This document shows, piece after piece, positions 11,813 to 23,206 of a stretch of DNA of 64,000 nt. This DNA comes from Psammoneis japonica. Taxonomy: Eukaryota. The stretch lies in the NCBI GenBank assembly GCA_008632985.1, contig QPGO01000246.1:1-64000 (forward strand). The letters run 5' to 3'. The first letter of the stretch is position 1; the number at the start of each line of letters is the position of its first letter. Both the position numbers and the translations under genes were made by a program. Below the pieces are notes generated by a model. The model saw only the letters and a list, made by a program, of their open reading frames with translations. It had not been told where the DNA came from and did not search any database.

Positions 11813-13244
11813 ATGACGTCTCCGAAAATGACAAACCGTACTCCTTATCGACGTTGTGTCGATATCAAACGCCTTATGTATGCTTTAGTTTGGTTCTTGG
11901 TGATTGTCGTAATCGCCAATGCCTCGGATAAAGAGCAAACATGCCAAGCGGGAGACAACGAGTGTGCGGCAGCTGCTGATGTTAACGAAGATACTTCTTG
12001 TGTAGACAAGCACGAACAATGCAGCTTTTGGGCTTCCAAAGACGAGTGCGTCAGCAATTCCGACTATATGAATGAGAACTGTCCCAAGAGTTGTGGAGTT
12101 TGCAAAAAGAAAAAGCTTACAGAAAGCGCGTGGGGAGTGCCTCAGGATTCGTCCGACTCGCGGGTGGAGGCCGTTTTGAAAACGACCGAGGATTACATGA
12201 CGAATCAAGTCATGGTGGAGGAAAAGTACAAAAACATTCGATCGAATTGTCAGAATCGTCACGAACTATGTGCCTTTTGGGCTGTCGTTGGTGAATGCGA
12301 GATCAATCCACAATACATGGCCCTCCACTGTGCACCGAGTTGCCAATCATGCGAACTCTTGGACTTTCAAACACGATGTCCCTACGACAAAGACGCCCCT
12401 ACTGCGCTGACAAACGAGGGAGAGTTGAATACCATCTTTGAGCGCATCATGACGCTACCTCATTACCAACAGTTCGGTCCAAAAGCGCTTTCCAAACCAA
12501 ACGGCAAGGACGAGGGCGTGATTGAAGGACCGTGGGTAGTCACGCTTGAACACTTTTTGTCTTCGCAAGAATGCAAAGAGCTGATTGAATTGGGTGCTCT
12601 CGAGGGATACGAACGATCCTCGGATGTCGGTGAAGCCCAGTTTGATGGAACGTACGATTCGTTTGAAAACGAGGGACGCACATCCACCAACGCGTGGTGT
12701 GTAGAGAAATGTTACGAGAATGCCACGGTCCAGACGGTTCTCGCGAGAATGGAAAACTTGACTGGGATTCCTAAAGAAAACTACGAGTACTTGCAAATGC
12801 TGCAATACGAAGAAACGCAGCGTTATCAAACTCACCACGACTACATTGAGCATCAATTGGAACGGTCCGAGGGACCGAGAATCTTGACGCTCTTTTTGTA
12901 CCTCAACACTGTGCCCGAAGGCGGCGGTACAAACTTTCCAAGATTGGGTAACACCAAGGATGGCTTGACGGTGGACGCCGTGGAGGGTAAAGCCGTACTA
13001 TGGCCGTCAGTTCTCGATAAAGATCCAAACCGAAAAGATGGAAGAACGACTCACCAGGTACGGCGCTTGTCGTCCATATTTTTAAAACATACAGAGTTAT
13101 GATGTGTGACTAACAATACCTTTTTGTTCTTTTTGCAAACAAAACATTCAGGCTTTACCCGTGATTCGTGGCAGGAAATGGGGTGCCAATGCATGGATTC
13201 ATCAGCGCGACTTTCAGGATCCCTTTAATCGATCTTGTCACTGA
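11813..13244 (+). CDS. ShK-domain prolyl 4-hydroxylase (2OG-Fe(II) oxygenase); intron 13058-13151
   Basis: N-terminal hydrophobic segment, two ShK domains (CVDKHEQCSFWA..C, CQNRHELCAFWA..C), HHD, RILTLFLYLN, GGGTNF; spliced H(Q|A)LPV..KWGANAWIH to TGA at 13242-13244. Confidence 0.92.
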
Positions 13245-13980
13245 ACGAGTATGAGGACTATGGTAGTTCATGAATACCGGTATATACTGTACTCTACATT
13301 TAGTGGTTTAAAAAGCTTGATCAGGATAGTCGACTCTGCACGGCATATGGTGGTTCTCTGTTCGAGAACCCTACGCTTTAGGAGTGATTCTATGGGCACA
13401 ACATCGTACCAGCGATGGTGGTGTTCGCATAACATAAATTCATATACAGCATGTATATATAAGATAAACCACACAAAAAATCTTTCGACACAGAAAAGAT
13501 GCACCATTCAACAACACACACCGCTATCCATCTATCGCAGCAATGTCAAACATCATCGAAGACGTCGTCCGGAACCAACGACGACTGTTTCAGGAACCAC
13601 TTGTCAATGTCAACACAAAGCCAACTGGGAATGCTCTCACCCTTTTCATCTGAATCTTGTTTAATGAGCTGAATTTTGGAAGTGAGTTTAAGCTGTCCGG
13701 AGTGGGAAAGACCTCGGGAAGTTAGCTCGTCGTCAACCTCACGCTCACACCGCTCACTCTCGTGCTTCTTCAGAATCGCAAGTTTTTTCGTAACGTTCAG
13801 CATCCTGTCAAAGTCGGTGACACCGCGATCAACCATCTCTTGCTCCAAGTGTTTTGTGTTGGCTTTGAGACCGAGAGGGCGATGAGAATTGACAGAATTC
13901 TAAGAAGAATTAAAGGTGTATGTCACTCTCTGGCTGAAACATGTGTGACTATGTACAAAAAGCCTGTCAGTTTGAAGAAT

Positions 13981-14050
13981 GCGGTAAATGGTTTAGTCGG
14001 TAACCGGTTATAAGGGGACCTAGGTTCGATTCCTGGGTATCGCAATTTTT
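13981..14050 (+). ncRNA. tRNA-like Pol III cassette in the 5' LTR
   Basis: A box TGGTTTAGTCGG, B box GGTTCGATTCC, T-arm CTAGG-TTCGATT-CCTGG, acceptor-like stem GCGGTA/TATCGC-A, collapsed anticodon arm, T5 terminator. Confidence 0.75.
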
Positions 14051-14342
14051 CAGGTTGATGGGTCGGATTTAATCGAGTTGGTCAATCTTGTTTAAATCCT
14101 GTCATGGTGCGAGGACCGTTGATGATTTGAACCTAGGTGTGTGTGCTCCTTCAAGATGACTCTAAAACTGAGGAGAGGCTGCGGTGAGACAGACCGACGA
14201 TGCACATAGTGCTCTTATTAGGGATGCCGAGGCCGGAATGGCCGCCCAATTATCAGTTCGCCGGGGAGGTCATGACATGTGCAGAAAAATGTGGCCCAGG
14301 TAGAAGGGGAGCTGTGAGAAGTATCATTGTCCAAAGAAAGGA

Positions 14343-14378
14343 ACGTCAGACAGCTTCGTGACGTCAGACAGCTTCGTG
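14343..14378. repeat. 18-bp perfect tandem repeat in the TRIM internal region
   Basis: acgtcagacagcttcgtg x2. Confidence 0.95.
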
Positions 14379-14481
14379 ACATATGGGGAGTGACAGAATT
14401 CTAAGAAGAATTAAAGGTGTATGTCACTCTCTGGCTGAAACATGTGTGACTATGTACAAAAAGCCTGTCAGTTTGAAGAAT

Positions 14482-14551
14482 GCGGTAAATGGTTTAGTCG
14501 GTAACCGGTTATAAGAGGACCTAGGTTCGATTCCTGGGTGTCGCAATTTTT
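14482..14551 (+). ncRNA. tRNA-like Pol III cassette in the 3' LTR
   Basis: Second copy of the cassette; both LTR mismatches fall inside it. Confidence 0.75.
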
Positions 14552-17082
14552 CAGGTTGATGGGTCGGATTTAATCGAGTTGGTCAATCTTGTTTAAATCC
14601 TGTCAAGAATGACATCCGAGAAGTCGCGGCGGCAAGTCTTCTCCTCTTTTCAGTTGACGTGAATTCGGCGCCTTTCTCCTTGTCCCAATTTGCAATAATC
14701 TCACCAACCTTTGCATCGCTTGTTTGTTCTCTTATGTTCTCTGACTTTGACAGCAGTGCGTCTTGAATTTGCTCTCGTCGTTTGGCCAATTCTTCGTGTC
14801 CAACCACGCTTGCCACCGATGCGTGTTGTTTCAGAATGTTCGAAACCGTCCTTTCAATGTCAAGGAGCTTCTTGATCCCATGCCTGTTGCCGCGCTTGCG
14901 CCGTGTTGGCTCATCATCGTTGGCATTGTCCTCTTCGTCTTCTTCTCCTTCGTCTGGCTTCTCTGGTGAGTCCTCCTCTCCATCACGGCGCTCTGTCATG
15001 AATCCATTGCTTGCGATTGCACAGGCATTTGCCATTGTCTCACTCTTGCCCGTTGATGCCATTAGAGCACCAAGCTTCACAAGTCGCTCATTGTCATGCT
15101 GCGTTGCTGATTGCGAGCAAATCTGCGTCAGAGCGATCATGCGAAAGGAGCGAGCGCGGGGATTGGACCGATCCCAAATGTCAAGATCCCCATTGCGATT
15201 TCGTCAACGACGGGTTGATGGCATGCAGCAAGTGGGTGCGACAATGTTTGCCCAAGGGATTCTCCCGGCACCCCCTTTTGAAGGAATGCGTGGAACTTGG
15301 CAAGGTTGATTTGCCTCTGATGAATTGTGGAAAAAAATGTTCCTGCAGCTGGAGTGATCGTTGCATTCTCGCTTTTCAGAAATCGTGCAACGACTTGACC
15401 CGTTGGTTGCTCGGAGCAAATGGCTTTTGTGATCCGCTCTGTCTTCAGGTGACGATCATTGTGTTTCCTCACCTGTGACATCATTTCCTTGACGAAGAGA
15501 CTGACCATTTCTTCTTTCCGGCTGCGACAAGACAGGTCTTGCATTGAGTTCACCTGATCCTTGAACGCCTTGAACTCACTCATTGTTGCCATGACGAAAG
15601 GATCTCCTCCAAATCTTCGATCATGAGGAAGTGTCGTGCGAGTCGATGGGGAGTCAAATGACCCGGGTCACCAACATTTGGATCCGTGCCTTGATGCCAC
15701 TTCACATGCGGGTTGAGCCATTTCTGTGCCATTCCCGCAAGGAAACAAACGTCCGTGACAATCCAAACCGAGGCGGCAAGCGACAAAAGGTTGGAGGCAA
15801 CTGCACTCTCTTTCTCTTTGGTCGTGGCATTTTTTCTCACTCCTTCAGCGATCAGCTTCAAGAATTCTAGAAACTTCCGAACGAAGCATGCGAGACATCC
15901 GATTGTCCACCATCGAGTGACAAGTGGCTCCTGCATGGCAAGCATCAAGTCCATTGGGGCATCAATCTCAGCAAGCAAGTTGTCTGGCAACTGCCCTGAC
16001 TCTCGAATCTTTGTCCACGCTGCACTGCTGACTTTTTCCATGCGGGCTTGAGTTCCTTGTACAATGTGCAGCACGTGTGAATAGCTGGATCGCATTGCGT
16101 TTGTCCAAACCGCCGTCACCGACATGAGTCTGGACTGGAAGCCGAAATGCCGACTGGACATCATGCATTCCGCAGGAATCCGACGTGGCCCTTTCATGAA
16201 CATTCCACAGTTGGCAAGAGCTGCACCAGCAGATTCTGGTGCACCTTGACCGGAGTCGCACGTTGCTCCCATCATTCGTCGATCGGACTGCCAAGCCGCC
16301 GCAGGCCATGTTTTGTCCCCTTCGCAATGTCTTCACTCTTCTTGCCATTGCAGTGAGGTCTGACCAGAACTGTGCAATTGTTCCATCCTCTGCATTTGAT
16401 TTGTCATCCTCGTCCATGTGCTAAAGAGTCTCACCTCTTGCCCGTTGTGTCCCCCATCAGATTGAACGAATGAAGCGCCTGCCTTGGACATGAGGTTTCC
16501 GAATGCAAGCAACTGCATGTGGCAAGCTGGACAACCCAATTGTCCAATGCAGTGTGAGAAGGGCTGCAACGTGCATCTTTGTGAGCGAAAGCCACTCGAA
16601 ATTGAACTTGCGGCCGTGTTCGTCCTCTTTGCAAAGTGCTTGGATCTCCCTCATGAACGCATGTCGAGCGATTGTTGTCAACAACTCTTGGTCAGGAGTC
16701 AAAATCTGAGGGTGACTCGATGAAAATGAAGCAAACAGAGTCATCGCATTCATTGCAGGTGAGTGTTTCCGCCTGCTGCAAAGCTTCTTCATTGCTCGTA
16801 CGACTGCTCTCTCTTGTTTGTAGCGGCCAAGATCTCCCTTCTCGACGAGCTCATGACTGTTCTTGCTGCTCTCTTCTTTTGCCATGCACGCGGATGGATT
16901 GCTCGGTTGGCTGCAACGACCAGTGGAGAGAAGCATTTGGTTGGCCTTGTTGACGGGAAAGAAGCCAACCTGATCGACCGGGAATGGCACGTCAGAACAT
17001 GTCGACTTCCAGGACTCCTGGAGCATCTTGAATGCTTCGTCGAAATTCGTTGGAGCTCTCAGCGTTTTATTTGGCTCCTGTT

Positions 17083-17285
17083 GTTCACCTGGATTGGGCG
17101 TTGTTGGACGCGGTCTTTTTGGGTTGGGCTCGTCGTCTTGATGATTCGTTGTCGGCGCAACCTTCGCCGGAGTGCGTTTGATTTCACCTGGACTGGGCTT
17201 TGCTGGACGCAGTCTTTTTGGTTTGGGCTCGTCGTCTTGGTCATTCTTCTTTGTCGGCGCAACCTTCGCCAGAGTCCGTTTGAGC
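17083..17285 (-). repeat. ~102-bp tandem repeat in the transposase N-terminal region (NLS-like)
   Basis: AKVAPTxxxxQDDEPxPKRxRPxxPxPGE occurs twice. Confidence 0.85.
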
Positions 17286-19247
17286 GTTCGACTGGAAGAG
17301 CGGTTGTCCCACATGGCCTGGTAGAAAGACGCATCTTTAGGAACATCAAAGTTGTTTGTAGCTGATGCACAGTGGAATCGAACATTCTTTTCTTCTTTTC
17401 CTTCATTTGTTGTACGGACAGTGACAACCTTTCTGTTGAAGCCAACAGTTGCACCTGACGGCAGCGTCGTTTTGCCATTGACAAAAACCAACTTTCGAGC
17501 TGTTGCTGTGTTCAAGATGTTTGCAGCACATTTTGGAAGAGACTTCCCAATGTGTCGGACCCACTCTTCATCTGCCATCCATTGATTGTGCATCTCCGGG
17601 CGTTCGGTTGCTTCAACAAATGCCTCGAAGGCCTCATTCCGGGACGACATCTTCTTCAATTTGTCCCTGCAGCTAAAAGTTTTTTGACATGAGCTCAAAA
17701 ACAGCATTGTCAACAAGTGTGCAAAATTCTTTTAGCTGCCGATGGGCACTTTTCAAGAACGGGGTCGCATCGGCTCTTTGCCCATCATCGTTTGTCGGCT
17801 TCTCCCGTGCTTCAGTGCGAGGCGCGCCAAATTGGAGTGAGCAAAAACGACGAGTCGAGCCAGTCAAGTTTCTTGCGAACCCCAAATTTATTGTTTATTT
17901 CAATTCTATGTGAAGTTTATTGTGAAACGGTTTCTACGGGATCTTGTGCCCACAGATTCTTGTCGAAGTCTAGAATCTCCAGGTCGAAGCGTTTTCCGAT
18001 CGTCCACCCAGAGAGAGGGTGCATTTCCACTTTCCACCGGCATTCTCTGGCACAAAATACGTTAGATGCATCTGATGACATGAAATGGCCACACCTTCTG
18101 GTGGACCACTTGGAGTCTACAAACAACTTTGACATGGGTCATCTTGTGTGGTCATGTCGTCTCCGTTGCCATCTTGCCTTCTTGCAGAGGACACGTGGCT
18201 TCTCTGGCTAGAGGTTGCATGGACTGTGTGCTCCGAACACACCTCCGAAGCACCCTTCTACTGGCTGCTGTAGAAGCGCTCTCTACTGCTAGCTAGAGAG
18301 TAGCCCTAGACTATTTCATAGTTGTCTCTACTCTCTACCGGTAGAGTAAGTGCCGTAAAGGAGCAATGAGATAGATGTTCAGAAAATGACGGTCGGTGGT
18401 CATCAAGACTCAAGAGTCTGTTGCAGTCTTGACCTCATGGTAGAGTACACGTGGCTTTTCCTTTGTTACTTAGGAATGGATACTGAAAGGGTGGTGTTTG
18501 TTAAGTAGGTTTGAGCTGGTTTCTGTGTCTTCGGTCTTGGGGCACTTTTTGTTGTCGGAAACAGGATTGAGTATTCAATTGCGTTGACCTACTTGATCGG
18601 TCATTACGACTAAAAGCATCAGTCTTCTCCTTCCTTATCTATTTGGTCTTGCGGGGCAACTTTTTTGTAATTTTAAGTCTTGCTCAATGTCTTTGCAAGA
18701 CATAGCACTTCGTAGTAAGATTCTGTAGGTTGTACAGCGGTGGTCACAATTCGAATGACTGGCCACGCACGTCGGCTGCGGCGCATTTTTTTGGCGGCGC
18801 ACCAAGCTTGGTGTTCGGTGTTCCATCTCACAACTCAACAAACAGCAACAAACGAAAGAGTGTGTTGCTATTGAAGGCGTTGTCCATTGGTAAGTGTATC
18901 CTTCTGTCCCGTCAATTCAGGTTATCGCTGTGTAAAGGCTGCGTCGCGTCACGTCACATCTCGTTTGGTGAGCCGCTCTGTTTCAACGCGGCGGCGGTCA
19001 TAGGTTCAAGGTCATACGGTTGCGACTGGTGTATGGCTTATCTTTGTTTCCCCATGTGGCTACTTATAAAATAAGTTCGGTTTCCCTTTGGTACTCATAA
19101 GACATATGAGTATTTTGTATCCTTATGGTACTTTTGTAAGATGAAGATTTAGTCATGTGTCTCATCCATACCCTTTCTCGTTTCTCCTCACCGAATTACT
19201 AAGGATTTTTTCGAATCGAGAAAAGTACAGTCCACGCTACGTCCAAG

Positions 19248-21011
19248 ATGCTCCTCAAGTTCAGCTCTGCAGCATCGATCATCTTGTCGCTGCTGGTTCC
19301 TGGTAGCGACGGCCACGGTTTGATTGAAGATCCTCCGTCGAGAAACTGGATCTGTGGCGCAGTCACCAAGCCTCACGAAGTCAACAACGGAGATGCTCAG
19401 TACCCACAATGCGGTACAGCTTTTAACTTTCAGAGGGAACCGGGTGGATACCAGTTCATGTCTGTTTTAACGCATGATGTTGGGCGTGCTGGGGTATCTC
19501 CATTGCCCACCAATGTCTGTGGTTTCGACTCTGAGACTTGGTCTGGTGGATCCACTCCGTGGGACGCCCCCATGGATTGGCCCACATCCCCAGCGACTCC
19601 TGGACGTCAGGAAATCAAGTGGAATATTTTCTGGGGACCGCACTTCTCCGATACCGAAGAGTTCCGCTACTGGATCACCAAGTCAGACTTTGTTTACGAT
19701 TCAACAAGAGCCTTGACGTGGAATGATTTTGAATCTGATCCCTTTTGCTACTTGACGTACAACGATAGCGTTCCCACTGCAAACCCAGACGTGATTCCCG
19801 ATACGGGTAGCGCCACGTTCAGCACCTTTTGTGATGTTCCTAATCGCAGCGGTCATCATATCATTTATGGCGAATGGGGGCGAAACCAGTGGACGTATGA
19901 ACGTTTTCACGGCTGTATCGATTTGGACTTTTCTGGTGGAGGCACTCCTTCTGGCCCGTTTCCATCGCCTCCAGGACCCCCCGGTCCAGCGGGCGGTCCA
20001 ACTCCGTCAACCCCAGTCCCGAGTCCTTCGCCCCCTGTCACGGCCGACCTTGCTCTATCACCAAGTGTCAGCAGCATTACAGGATCAGGTACCATTACTT
20101 TGATTGCTTCAGGGTCTTCGGGAAGCAACCTAAGCTACTCGTGGGCCTTCTCCACACCCTCTGGCGATAATTCCCTCTACTCAATTTCTGGCTCTGGAGC
20201 TACGGCCACTCTGACCTATGGTGATCCTACCGCCGAGCGTTCATTGATGATCATGCTGACCGTCTCCAACGCAGATGGTACCAGTACAGAGTCTGTGACC
20301 ATTACGCATTTGCCGTCCACGACAAGCGGCAGTCAGTGGGTTGATCTAGGGCCCCTGACGGACATGAGCATAGTACTTGATGTGGGAGTCCAGGTGAGTG
20401 TCCGCGCTGTCGACTCTAACGGCGTGGACACGTACTATCCAGACCCAGCATTTGTCGCTGGTACCAGCAACCGCTGGGCCGACAACTGGCCTTACTATCT
20501 TTCGCAAGCGATTTCTGCAAGCGCGCCCATTGCTGTAGGACAGCTTAACACTGCAACTGATAGTGTTGATGGTATCTGGAACGCAACCGGTGCTCACATT
20601 TACGCTCGCGTTGGTAACAATATCAACGCCGCCTATCTACATCTCGCAGATCCCGCACCTGCTCCTACGCCCGCCCCTGCGGGTGGCGGCGGAGGAACTG
20701 GCGGCGGTGGAGAGTGCTCTATTTCGTACCAGGCTGCGTGCAATCCTTGGTGGTGTGGATTGGAAGTGGGATTCGATACTCAGACCATGACCTTGGATTT
20801 CACTGGAAGTGGATTGGACCTATCCACTGTTACACAATTTCAAGGCGTATCGGGTGCAGTTCAAAACGGTGCCTTCACTGTCACTCGGTCCGGCCAGACA
20901 TTGCTCCTACAGAAGGAAGGTTGGGTTAGTTTGGGAAACCGCGGATATTTGGGCTTGAACGGTAACAACGTTCCAGCCCTTGCGACCTTTACATTGCCCA
21001 CTTGCATCTGA
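19248..21011 (+). CDS. AA10 lytic polysaccharide monooxygenase with Pro/Gly linker, PKD/Ig-like and GbpA-like accessory modules
   Basis: Signal peptide ending SDG|H (His1), HGLIEDPPSRN, WGPHFSDTEEFRYWITK, LTWNDFE, VPNRSGHHIIYGEWGR, RFHGCIDL. Intronless. Accessory domain calls are tentative. Confidence 0.9.
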   Translation: MLLKFSSAASIILSLLVPGSDGHGLIEDPPSRNWICGAVTKPHEVNNGDAQYPQCGTAFNFQREPGGYQFMSVLTHDVGRAGVSPLPTNVCGFDSETWSGGSTPWDAPMDWPTSPATPGRQEIKWNIFWGPHFSDTEEFRYWITKSDFVYDSTRALTWNDFESDPFCYLTYNDSVPTANPDVIPDTGSATFSTFCDVPNRSGHHIIYGEWGRNQWTYERFHGCIDLDFSGGGTPSGPFPSPPGPPGPAGGPTPSTPVPSPSPPVTADLALSPSVSSITGSGTITLIASGSSGSNLSYSWAFSTPSGDNSLYSISGSGATATLTYGDPTAERSLMIMLTVSNADGTSTESVTITHLPSTTSGSQWVDLGPLTDMSIVLDVGVQVSVRAVDSNGVDTYYPDPAFVAGTSNRWADNWPYYLSQAISASAPIAVGQLNTATDSVDGIWNATGAHIYARVGNNINAAYLHLADPAPAPTPAPAGGGGGTGGGGECSISYQAACNPWWCGLEVGFDTQTMTLDFTGSGLDLSTVTQFQGVSGAVQNGAFTVTRSGQTLLLQKEGWVSLGNRGYLGLNGNNVPALATFTLPTCI

Positions 21012-21187
21012 GCTTGATTGCTTACGGCATGTTTTCTGTGGACAACAACGCGAAATCTGAGGTGATACAAAACTTTTACTATTTGGTACACATTTCTTGT
21101 ACGGTATGGGAGATGTAAAGGATAAATAGTAAAAAGGTGTGAACTAGTCGTTCTCTTGTTGCAGAAACGGGGGAGTTCTTGCTGTTC

Positions 21188-22934
21188 TCATCGTCTTGCT
21201 CGCCTACCGCCTGACGATCTCCTGCCCCTACCACCAGTCCTGCCTCTGTTGCGTTGACCTCCACGATCTCCACGTCCCCCACGTGGTTGTCTTGAAGGAG
21301 GACCGTCATTGCGTCTTGTGTTGTAATCACTTTTTCGACTCGTCAATCCATCCAGCGGTTCTCCACGTTGGACGGCATTCTCAATGGCCTTGGCCAACAC
21401 AAGGTCGCGTTTGGCTACGAGTGCAGTGACGCGTCCATTTCCCATGCGGTCCTTGGTGACACCCCGTGCCGTCCGTCCCGCACGATGCAAATAGTCCAAC
21501 GGATTCAAAGGGAAATCAAACATGACGACATGGTCGCATTCAGGCACATCCAGGCCTCTGGCAGCAAGGTCGGTAGCCACCAAGACGGGAACCTGGTGAG
21601 AGCGGAAGCTTTCTAAATTTTCACTTCGTACCTTGGAATTCAATTCACCATGGTAACACACAGATTCGACATCTGCCTCAGCCAAGGCGTGTTGAACAGC
21701 ACGACAACTGGAAACCGTATTACAAAACACCAAGCAAAGTGCGTCTTGACTGTTGTGCTTGCTTTGACTCCAGCACCCACACCTCCACCTCGGGACGACA
21801 CAACATCTACAAGCAATGACAACTTGTCCATGTTGCCTACAGGGACAAAGACTTGTTGCAACCGAGGCACAGCACGATGCAAACCCGGAGCTGTAATGAC
21901 GCGTAATTGCGGCAGGGTAATCTTGGAGCCATCGGGATCGGGTTTGGTGTAATGACGCTTGGCACCAACCTTGCTTTGTTTAAAGTTCGACGCATCAATA
22001 ATCTTTTGAACCTGTTGCGTCATGGTTGCCGAAGTCAAGATAATCTTGGGAGCCTTGTCTGCCAATTCTTCCGATGCAGTGTTGCTATTGTACAGGAGAG
22101 GATACAAGAGCTGTTGCAAGTCACTCTGAAATCCTTGTTCGAGCATCGTATCCATCTCATCTAACACTACGTAATCAACATTTCCCAAAAATACATTTTG
22201 GTTTGCCTTCCAATGCTTCAACAGTCGCCCCGGGGTCGCAATCAGCACATCAATCGGTCGGTCTAGCTGTTTTCGTTCCTTTCCGTACTCTTGTCCGCCG
22301 ACAACCACTTGCGACGAGAGCTTGATGGTATGGCCAAGAGACTTTACTACGTTTTTGATTTGCACGGCTAATTCTCTTGTCGGAGCCAGTACCAAGAGTC
22401 TCGGGCGTTTCGATCGTTGCTCATACGAGGAGAACATTTCCTGAGCCTTGAGAATTTGCAAAAGCGGCAGTAGATAGGCGAGCGTCTTGCCACTACCAGT
22501 TGCCGCAAGAAAAGCTAATCCATGTTGTTCTTCTTGCTGCTCCAGCTGCAAAATTGCGGGAATAACAAGTTGCTGTACCGGTGTCGGCTGCTCCAATTCT
22601 AATTCTGTCGCAAGACAATTTCCCAATTCATTCAACAAACCCAGTTTTGTCCATGCAATGGGACCCGTCGTCGATGATTCCTTTTGGACGAAACAGAGTC
22701 ATCGACTGAATTCTTGGGCATTCGAAAGGGAGCACGAGAACGTGATATTGCGCTTTGGTCAGACACACTTCGTTGTTGCTGCTGCTCTGAAGAAACGTAG
22801 AGACGATGCAACACGTCACTTCCAAAAATACTCCGACGACTGCGACGACAAGTAGTAAACGCCGCAGACCTTGCTAGCAACCAACAGCTCATGGTCACAA
22901 AACAAAATCTAGTGCTGTAAAGACGACGACTCAT
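21188..22934 (-). CDS. DEAD-box RNA helicase (DEMD variant), probably organelle-targeted; 2 apparent frameshifts (~22690, ~21740)
   Basis: PTPVQ, ATGSGKT, APTREL, ATPGRL, LDEMD, SAT, ATDLAARGLD, YLHRAGRTAR, RG-rich tail; N-terminal ARSAAF. Confidence 0.9.
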
Positions 22935-23206
22935 GTGGAACAGACAACTACAGAGCGCAATGGTGTTATGATGGATCGCAGAAAAGGGAAAAAGTTCTCG
23001 TGATGATTCGGTGCTAATTCGTGGTTGTCGGAGTGGTGGCGTTTTTGGGTAAGAATTCTACGTACCTACAGGTAATGGGTACGGTACGGGTATGCACGAG
23101 GTAACGATCAGACTCCGCCGCACACTGAAACCTATGCTAGTAAGAGCTAATCAAATCAAATGTGTAATTTATGTTATTTTATAATGTGGGGAGGATACTT
23201 CTTCTT

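Larger units (their letters stand above)
13890..14605 (+). mobile_element. TRIM (miniature non-autonomous LTR retrotransposon), 716 bp, 5-bp TSD AGAAT
   Basis: LTRs 13890-14104 and 14391-14605 (215 bp, 2 mismatches, TGACAG..CTGTCA termini). PBS TGGTGCGAGGACCG at 14105, purine tract GGGGAG before the 3' LTR, AGAAT at 13885-13889 and 14606-14610. No internal coding capacity. Confidence 0.95.
13546..17651 (-). pseudogene. Fragmented DDE transposase (hAT-like motifs), frameshifted and split by the TRIM
   Basis: Motifs in order: FVQSDGG (16333-16569 frame), GATCDSG, CGMH (CxxH), EPLVTRWW, QHDNERLVK. Removing the TRIM joins ..LPPRLLGCHS|HRPLGLKANTKHLEQEM. Confidence 0.7.
13390..17955 (-). mobile_element. 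TIR DNA transposon (hAT-like DDE transposase), decayed, with nested TRIM
   Basis: Imperfect 16-bp TIRs: ctatgggcacaacatc (13390-13405) and gatcttgtgcccacag (17940-17955). Flanked by ATT/ATT, or GATTC/GATTC if the TIR is 1 nt shorter. Encloses a fragmented transposase. Confidence 0.8.

Noticed and set aside
13981..14044. A genuine tRNA gene
   Set aside because: Only ~64 nt, no anticodon stem-loop, and duplicated as part of the LTRs.
22150..22165. DEMD instead of DEAD as a novelty
   Set aside because: DExD variation is common and all other helicase motifs are normal.
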